From: a virus
Direction: 5' to 3' (one strand)
DNA: 64,000 bases
Virus record (IMG/VR): IMGVR_UViG_3300042505_000752
Coordinates: 64,967 to 128,966 of that record
Below the pieces are notes generated by a model. The model was not told the origin of the DNA. It worked only from the letters and a program-made list of their open reading frames with translations, and did not search any database. Positions 58,386 to 64,000 of the stretch are shown here, one piece after another; within the stretch, counting starts at the first letter, position 1; each line of letters opens with the position of its first letter. The position numbers and the translations under genes were made by a program.

Positions 58386-58844
58386 ATGTCAGCATCACCG
58401 ACAACACTTACAGGAAACCTTGTTTCAGATCCCGAACTTAAGTTCTTGGATAATGGAACAGCGAAATTATCAGGCTCTATTGCCGTTGGTCACTATTGGA
58501 CAGACGCATCGGGCGAAAAGCAAGAAAAGACTTCATTCATTGACTTCGTTGCATGGCGCTATCTTGCCGACGACGCAGCACGAGTGTTGGAAAAAGGCGT
58601 TCGTATCATTGTTACGGGTCGTCTTGAACAGCGTTCGTGGGAACAAGACGGGGCTAAGCGAAGCAAGGTTGAACTTATCGCTGACGACATCGCTGTCGCA
58701 GTGAAGTCAATTGAGTCGTTTGACCGTCGCCGTGCTGGTGAAAAGGGTGCTGTTGCGCCGAAGCCCGCAGCCGCTAAGCAGGCACAACGCACTGCGTACA
58801 AAGCACCGACACAATCCGTAATGGAAGATGCCGAGCCGTTCTGA
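58386..58844 (+). CDS. ssb: single-stranded DNA-binding protein
   Basis: GNLVSDPEL, T.F.D.VAWR.LA, KG.R.IVTGRL.QRSW, C-terminal EPF. Confidence 0.93.
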   Translation: MSASPTTLTGNLVSDPELKFLDNGTAKLSGSIAVGHYWTDASGEKQEKTSFIDFVAWRYLADDAARVLEKGVRIIVTGRLEQRSWEQDGAKRSKVELIADDIAVAVKSIESFDRRRAGEKGAVAPKPAAAKQAQRTAYKAPTQSVMEDAEPF

Positions 58845-58933
58845 GCGAATTCTCGTTCTTTATAGTGTGTCTACTAGGTACATACGCTGTAGTGAAATTG
58901 GTTGATGGTCGGGGCAAGAAATAGCCCCGACCA

Positions 58934-59137
58934 TTACCATTTCTGATGTATGAATTCCCACACTTCAGGGGATACAAAGTCCTCGTAGTACGGATCAAGG
59001 ATCGTACCGATGAGTTCCGAAGCAATGTCGGGTCTGACCATCGCAAGGAAGTTTGACACCGCCTGTCCTAGTCGTTGAGTTTCCCTATTGCGTTCAAAGT
59101 AATCGGTTGAGTTACTAAGGAACTCTATGTAGTTCAC
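58934..59137 (-). CDS. hypothetical protein
   Basis: GTGA overlap; QRLGQA..N motif. Confidence 0.6.
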   Translation of the reverse strand: MNYIEFLSNSTDYFERNRETQRLGQAVSNFLAMVRPDIASELIGTILDPYYEDFVSPEVWEFIHQKW

Positions 59138-59397
59138 TCTGTCCACTCCCAAGTTCCATCTTGATGAAGCGTAGCATTTGACGGAGCGTCGCATTTAGTA
59201 ATGTCCACGAACATCTGCCCGTCATTCTCCCAAGTGAAGTTGGTGTTTAGGACTATTCGGCACGGGTTGTCGTTGTCGGGGTCTACAATGTCTGCTAGGT
59301 GTCCTATACCAAGCATAGAGAGTAGCCCTACTCCACCCCAAAAGGTGAAGCGAACTATTGAACGGATAAAGTAGTAGTGTGGTGTTTTAGTAGTCAT
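59134..59397 (-). CDS. single-TM protein
   Basis: Hydrophobic segment near the N-terminus. Confidence 0.55.
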   Translation of the reverse strand: MTTKTPHYYFIRSIVRFTFWGGVGLLSMLGIGHLADIVDPDNDNPCRIVLNTNFTWENDGQMFVDITKCDAPSNATLHQDGTWEWTE

Positions 59398-59425
59398 AGT
59401 TACATTATACAAAACCTATCTATGA

Positions 59426-59881
59426 ATGTCAAGGATTGTTATGTCGGATAAGATAAATAAAAAATCAGCGCCACGACAGAAAATACTAGGGATAGAACGG
59501 GAAGGCGCATGGGGCAGGGTTGAGTATCTCCACCTATTGGCGTGCGGGCATACCGAGCGACGGAAGCGCCCAGCGAAAACTGGAATCATCTCCTGCTCAT
59601 GGTGCGTAGTTGCCGAGAAGCAAACGGAAGTTCTACAAAGTTTTGCCACGAAGCGACCACAAAGCCCCGCTGAAGACGATGTTTTTGACCGACTGAGTTC
59701 GTTGATGGCGGTGTCGGAGAGGGAAGTTTCCAAACTAAAAGCGGAAATTGCATCTAAGTTCAATGTTCCCGTGGACTATGTTGATGTCGTTGTGGAAGAC
59801 GATGACGGGACTCTTTCTGTTTCGTACGCAATCATTTTCTTATCGGCGCAAGATATCAAGACTATTTTCCTACACTCTTAA
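59426..59881 (+). CDS. hypothetical protein (HLL.CGH...CSWC); start uncertain
   Basis: Long ORF. Confidence 0.6.
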   Translation: MSRIVMSDKINKKSAPRQKILGIEREGAWGRVEYLHLLACGHTERRKRPAKTGIISCSWCVVAEKQTEVLQSFATKRPQSPAEDDVFDRLSSLMAVSEREVSKLKAEIASKFNVPVDYVDVVVEDDDGTLSVSYAIIFLSAQDIKTIFLHS

Positions 59882-59960
59882 GGAAAACACTTGACATTCA
59901 CTAACTTGCCCGTTAGACTATGGCTTAAGTTACTACTAACAACAACAGAAGGATAAACCC

Positions 59961-60383
59961 ATGAAGCGACTTATTCCAATCATCATCACCACCCTCGCAC
60001 TTACTGCGTGTGGAACAAAAACCGTCTATGTCACGAGCACCGAAGTGCCGAACAGTCCCGAAACAACTGAGAAAGTTGTCAAGACAACCGACGCACCGAT
60101 TGCGACATCAGCACCTGAACCTGTCTACACCACAGAAGATGAGTTCATCTACGACATTGAGAGTAACTACGACGGAACTATCTACTTGGAAAACCAAGAC
60201 ATGATTGACGCTGGTTATTCAACCTGCGATGGTCTACGCAGTGGTATGAGCGGTTACGATGTACTTGATGTAATCCTTTCATCATCTGATGGAATCGCGA
60301 GTGTTGAAGAACTACTCGGGACTGTCGTCGCTGCTGCTGTCGTAAACTTCTGCCCTGAACAGCAGTACAAATTCAACGACTGA
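59961..60383 (+). CDS. lipoprotein, DUF732-like
   Basis: Lipobox LTAC; DEF......G...C..L..G....V......AV..FCP. Confidence 0.75.
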   Translation: MKRLIPIIITTLALTACGTKTVYVTSTEVPNSPETTEKVVKTTDAPIATSAPEPVYTTEDEFIYDIESNYDGTIYLENQDMIDAGYSTCDGLRSGMSGYDVLDVILSSSDGIASVEELLGTVVAAAVVNFCPEQQYKFND

Positions 60384-60619
60384 TGAAGCGGATTGTTGAA
60401 TTTTTTCGCAACTCTGATGTCGTACTGATCGTACGGGCATTGTTGTTCACTGTAGTTGCTGCGGTTGTCATAGGAATCGTTGTACTAAGCCTTCAGATTG
60501 AGCGTTTTATTAAGTTTCTTAGTAGGTTTTATACGCTTTTCGTATGGACATTTTTGATTGTCGGCTCTTGGGCTGTAGTTATAGGCTTTACTCTGCTAGT
60601 TATCTCTATTTGGAAGTGA
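60383..60619 (+). CDS. two-TM membrane protein
   Basis: Hydrophobic; coupled start. Confidence 0.6.
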   Translation: MKRIVEFFRNSDVVLIVRALLFTVVAAVVIGIVVLSLQIERFIKFLSRFYTLFVWTFLIVGSWAVVIGFTLLVISIWK

Positions 60620-60625
60620 ACAATT

Positions 60626-61063
60626 ATGAAACTGATTACCAAACTCGCACTACTAGTCCCGTTACTCACTGCGTGTAGCGCAACCATGAGCAACGAAACA
60701 ACGACTCTTCAGCCGCTACCAACAACGATAAACATTCCCGTTATTGACACAATTCCAAGTACTGATGTGCAATTCACTTCAGAACAAACTGCGTTCGTAG
60801 ATGATGTGTACTTCTTCTATGGAGGAGTCCCGTCAATCGCAGATGAAGAACTCGTAGAAATTGGCGAGTTGTGGTGTCAGTTGATGACCGATGGCATGAG
60901 TGCCAAAGATGTCATCGGGCGGATCAACGAAGGATCAAGCGATAATGCCGATGCTCTTCTTCATTTTTCTATCGTAAATGCAGGGATTGAGAACCTATGC
61001 CCCTCGCAGTGGGATAAGGCGGAGTATATTGCTCTCAATACTCCTTACTGGGCAACTCCGTAG
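60626..61063 (+). CDS. lipoprotein, DUF732-like
   Basis: Lipobox LTAC; AFV...G...C..M..G...LCP. Confidence 0.75.
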   Translation: MKLITKLALLVPLLTACSATMSNETTTLQPLPTTINIPVIDTIPSTDVQFTSEQTAFVDDVYFFYGGVPSIADEELVEIGELWCQLMTDGMSAKDVIGRINEGSSDNADALLHFSIVNAGIENLCPSQWDKAEYIALNTPYWATP

Positions 61064-61484
61064 TTGTACGGGGCTATCGGAAAGTGTGGGAAACTTTGTG
61101 ATGGGAAAAAAAATTAGAATAGTCTTAGTCAGCCTTCTTACTATTTTTCTTTCGTATGTTCTAGCGGCGACACTTTTTCTCATCTTCGCGCTGAGTCTCA
61201 TGAACCCTACGCCTCGTGTACGGGAAGTATTCCTACAGCCCCGTACTACGGGTCGTCGGCGTGGGTCGCTTTCCGACTTCACTTCATAGGTTTGTCGGTG
61301 AGTCTGATGTACGGACTTGCCATCGCTTTCGCATAGGCGCGCGAGTGGCTTAGTCCGTGATGATGGCGGTGGAGAACATACTCTGTAGAGAACGCTCTGC
61401 TCCACCTATTCGCTTTCATTGCTTTGAGTGTTAGTAGTTGGTAACTCATTCGTTGCCCTCCGTTCTAGGGGAACAGTACAGCGG

Positions 61485-61748
61485 TCACCACCCGCTGTAC
61501 TGTTCGTATTCTTCCCGTGTTGGCACTTCGTTCTTCATGGCTTGGTAAGACTCAACCGAACTCATATAGTCGGCGGTCTCTTGCCATTCTGCTTCAGACT
61601 TGCCTTCGTTGGTCTCTAGCCAAAAGCCGTAGTCCTCTTGGTAGTAGTCAGAGTCTCTGTAAGCCTCTTCTGCTTCGTCGTAAGCGTCTTGCGCTTCGTG
61701 CCTATCTTGATATGGCTTCTGTAACCAAGTGTCGTAGTCAACGCCCAT
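61485..61748 (-). CDS. highly acidic Tyr/Trp-rich cassette gene
   Basis: Cassette leader; hairpin at about 61476-61504. Confidence 0.7.
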   Translation of the reverse strand: MGVDYDTWLQKPYQDRHEAQDAYDEAEEAYRDSDYYQEDYGFWLETNEGKSEAEWQETADYMSSVESYQAMKNEVPTREEYEQYSGW

Positions 61749-61923
61749 TGTCTTGCTCCTTTGTAGTAGTTGCTTCCTTATGAATACAAGTATAGCGAGA
61801 ATGTGTAAGGTTGTCAACCTTTTGTTGGAAAATATTTATAAATATATTTTTGGGAAATAGTTGACATTCTCTCACCTATCCCCTATAATGTATTCATACA
61901 CAAAATACTAGAAAGGTATTGCT

Positions 61924-62112
61924 ATGAAAATCTTGGAAATCCCCGAAGGCGAAACTATTGAAATTGTCTCCCCGAACATTATTGAGTTTTGGCGAGACGG
62001 GCAACTCATGGGCGATACCTACAAGGGTCTAGCCGACACGCTCCGCCTGACGGGTATCAAGGGACTCACCATAGTGATGACCGACAGACTCCCCAACGAG
62101 AGTGAGCGGTGA
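61924..62112 (+). CDS. hypothetical cassette gene
   Basis: TTGACA-N17-TATAAT; GAAAGG RBS. Confidence 0.7.
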   Translation: MKILEIPEGETIEIVSPNIIEFWRDGQLMGDTYKGLADTLRLTGIKGLTIVMTDRLPNESER

Positions 62113-62280
62113 AAGCCGACCACGCTTATCGGGCGGGGCTAGTGAAGTAATTGGGGCTTGCGACCTGTTTAGTCGTGAGTTAAACGAAGTGAGTACCTAG
62201 TGCTTGATGCGAGCCGAGCGGGAAGCCCATGCTACCTGCGATGAAGCCAGCCATTGCGATAGGGAACGGCTGAACCCCGA

Positions 62281-62308
62281 ACGACCTGAGTATGTCGTAA
62301 AAGTGCTC
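62281..62308 (+). ncRNA. putative H-type pseudoknot at the 3' end of a structured intergenic RNA
   Basis: ACGAC/GTCGT stem plus GAGTA/TGCTC stem. Confidence 0.4.
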
Positions 62309-62465
62309 TTCTTCGCTATCTACCGATAGCCCCGTACTCGCCACATACTCGGATTTTTTTATGACGGACTTTTACATACTCGGATTTTTTCAGTACGGGC
62401 TTTTATGCGAAAAAAAAGTTATCCACAGGCTGTTGATAAACCTGTGGATAACTCTCATTGCTAGA

Positions 62466-63161
62466 TCAGACAAACTCCATAATCAGAACTGAGTCGTCTT
62501 CCATTGTGTCTCTACCAAGCACATGAACTTCCGTGCCTTCGCTATCCCATATTGCTCGCACATGATGATGACCGCAAATGTGAAAGCGAGGCTTCACCTT
62601 CTGCTGGATCTCAAGCACCAACTCTCGCTGGTACACAGATACGGGAATGTCGTCCTTGTATGTGAGTTCAACTCCGTAGGGTGCGTCATGAGTAATGAGC
62701 ACATCTACTTCGTCGTCGCTGAGTGTGTCAATGTGGTACGGGCTGATGAGTTCTTGCTTCCACCAACTGCGCCCGAGTTCCCTGTCTTTCCAGTCCACGC
62801 TATACGCTCCGCCATACCCCATAAAGGTATAGCCGTTCATATCAAAGCGACAGCCACGAGGTATCCACTTCACCCATTCATTGGGCGTAGGGATAGGGCT
62901 AGTGTCTCCGTGCTGAGTGCGTAGGTCGTCTAGTAGGTCGTGGTTCTCGTGGTTGCCGTCTACCCACATGAGCGGGATATTGTTGGCTTCTGCGAGTGCC
63001 ACACAGCGTGCTAGGAACTTCTTACCGAAAGGTAAATGTACCCAGTAGCCAAAGTCACCGCAAGCGATAATCGTATTCACTTCGTTCTTATGTGCGTGGG
63101 CGTATAGCCATTCAAGGTGCTGAATGTTCCCGTGAATGTCGCCTGCGAATAGTACTTTCAT
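62466..63161 (-). CDS. metallophosphoesterase
   Basis: GDIHG, GDFG, GNHE, THD.P, GHHH. Confidence 0.88.
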   Translation of the reverse strand: MKVLFAGDIHGNIQHLEWLYAHAHKNEVNTIIACGDFGYWVHLPFGKKFLARCVALAEANNIPLMWVDGNHENHDLLDDLRTQHGDTSPIPTPNEWVKWIPRGCRFDMNGYTFMGYGGAYSVDWKDRELGRSWWKQELISPYHIDTLSDDEVDVLITHDAPYGVELTYKDDIPVSVYQRELVLEIQQKVKPRFHICGHHHVRAIWDSEGTEVHVLGRDTMEDDSVLIMEFV

Positions 63162-63256
63162 TATGTTCACCTCCAAGGTGATTAGTAGTTATGTATACAT
63201 TATATCAAGGTTGTAACCTATATACAACCCTGATGAGCGTGTGGTTGGTCACACGA

Positions 63257-63562
63257 TTACTTGACATCTCCCCAACCTCGCCAAGCCTTACCCCAACGAG
63301 GCGAGGTAGTGCGTAGGTAGCACGCCCACAAGGGGTGACGCTCTACGACCATCTCAGGCAAGATGACATGAACGAATAGGTCTAGTCGCCGTATGAACCT
63401 ACAAGGCGAACCTACTCTATAGCGAGACACAGGGGCGCTCTCATGAGCCTCCACGAACTCCCTAAGGCTCGTAGGGTCAATATCCCAAGGGTCAAGCCCT
63501 ACTCTGTCTGCGAGTGTGCGTATCAAACTAGTTCGTACCACTTCATGATATGAGGACCGCAA
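63257..63562 (-). CDS. hypothetical protein
   Basis: Overlapping operon ORF. Confidence 0.45.
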   Translation of the reverse strand: MRSSYHEVVRTSLIRTLADRVGLDPWDIDPTSLREFVEAHESAPVSRYRVGSPCRFIRRLDLFVHVILPEMVVERHPLWACYLRTTSPRWGKAWRGWGDVK

Positions 63563-63789
63563 CCCCCATAGTGGATAGCCATGATCTCGGCAAGGACTAA
63601 CTCAAACTCCTTGCCTTGTGAGTAGGTCAAGGTAGGGTCGTTGCCTAGTACTTGCTTGACTCCCTTGTATGTGTCTGCGATGAGTTGTGCCTGTCTGAGC
63701 GACTCAAGGCGAGGCGTTGTATTCTTTGATACTGCCTTGCTCCTGACGATCTCTCGTACTTGCTCTATGTTGCTGAGTAGGTCGTTCAT
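63523..63789 (-). CDS. hypothetical protein
   Basis: GAAGGG RBS. Confidence 0.6.
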   Translation of the reverse strand: MNDLLSNIEQVREIVRSKAVSKNTTPRLESLRQAQLIADTYKGVKQVLGNDPTLTYSQGKEFELVLAEIMAIHYGGCGPHIMKWYELV

Positions 63790-63790
63790 C

Positions 63791-63997
63791 TCATTTCCCC
63801 TTCGTTGTTTGTAGTCGTACTCGTGTGCTCGTGACTTTCTTTTGCTCTGTTGCCTTGCGTGTCAAGCGACCCCAACCCCAACTAGTAGGTGACTTCACTT
63901 CGCTTTGCTTTGCCTTGCGTGTCAAGTAAAAGTGTGCGACAAGTGTGTCATTGGGATTGAACTCTGACAATTCATCTATGAGCATTTGTACTGTCAT
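63791..63997 (-). CDS. hypothetical protein (may extend beyond the window)
   Basis: ORF at the window edge. Confidence 0.45.
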   Translation of the reverse strand: MTVQMLIDELSEFNPNDTLVAHFYLTRKAKQSEVKSPTSWGWGRLTRKATEQKKVTSTRVRLQTTKGK

Positions 63998-64000
63998 CTT

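Larger units (their letters stand above)
33781..63230. repeat. dispersed family of about 35 promoter-leader units: GTTGYAA-N17-TATA(C/A)T...ACTACTAC-N(1-6)-(G)AAAGGA-N(5-8)-ATG
   Basis: Seen e.g. at 34561-34623, 36169-36227, 36544-36608, 39678-39748, 40781-40847, 43857-43916, 45675-45738, 46860-46923, 48463-48521, 51236-51300, 61749-61818; both strands. Confidence 0.92.

Noticed and set aside
61300-61360. Hammerhead ribozyme at CTGATG
   Set aside because: The core is CTGATGT rather than CTGANGA, with no correctly placed GAAA.
33781-63230. Integron attC cassettes
   Set aside because: The hairpins lack RYYYAAC/GTTRRRY core sites and extrahelical bases, the cassettes carry their own promoters on both strands, and no integrase is in the window.
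41903-63253. matS interpretation of the GTGAC...GTCAC palindromes
   Set aside because: matS has a 3-bp spacer and is enterobacterial; these have 4 bp and fit CRP-type boxes.
63850-63926. 17-bp direct repeat TTGCCTTGCGTGTCAAG
   Set aside because: Only two copies inside an edge ORF; most simply a local duplication.
1-64000. tRNA, rRNA, intron or intein
   Set aside because: No T-loop/cloverleaf, rRNA or splicing signatures were noticed by eye; tRNAscan-SE and Infernal would be needed to exclude them.

Overview
A 64-kb segment of a large tailed dsDNA phage genome. The host is probably an actinobacterium, inferred from WhiB, GAAC-N4-GTTC SOS boxes, DUF732-like lipoproteins and likely leaderless starts. 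Positions 1-28.8 kb hold mostly + strand virion and late genes. Three giant proteins share an N-terminal RCPxGxQFGG module and carry four HipA/PI3-4K-like kinase-fold domains, each matched by one small partner domain encoded downstream. A modular polyprotein, an HK97-fold major capsid protein, fiber/FN3 proteins, lysis genes, a nuclease, a phosphoesterase, an Ntn-hydrolase and whiB follow. Positions 29-64 kb hold an early/accessory region of roughly 35 small-gene cassettes, each with a repeated promoter + ACTACTAC + RBS unit, plus replication and recombination genes. The non-coding DNA of this region is densely patterned: about 21 DnaA boxes in 340 bp plus six satellite clusters, 8 tandem LexA-type boxes, CRP-like boxes at a fixed distance from the -10 hexamers, and two unexplained over-represented motifs. 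Two candidate novel systems stand out: (1) a head-gene-linked kinase-effector/partner array and (2) a host-regulator binding-site (sponge or origin) architecture. All product calls come from motif recognition by eye; no database searches were run, and motif counts are manual.
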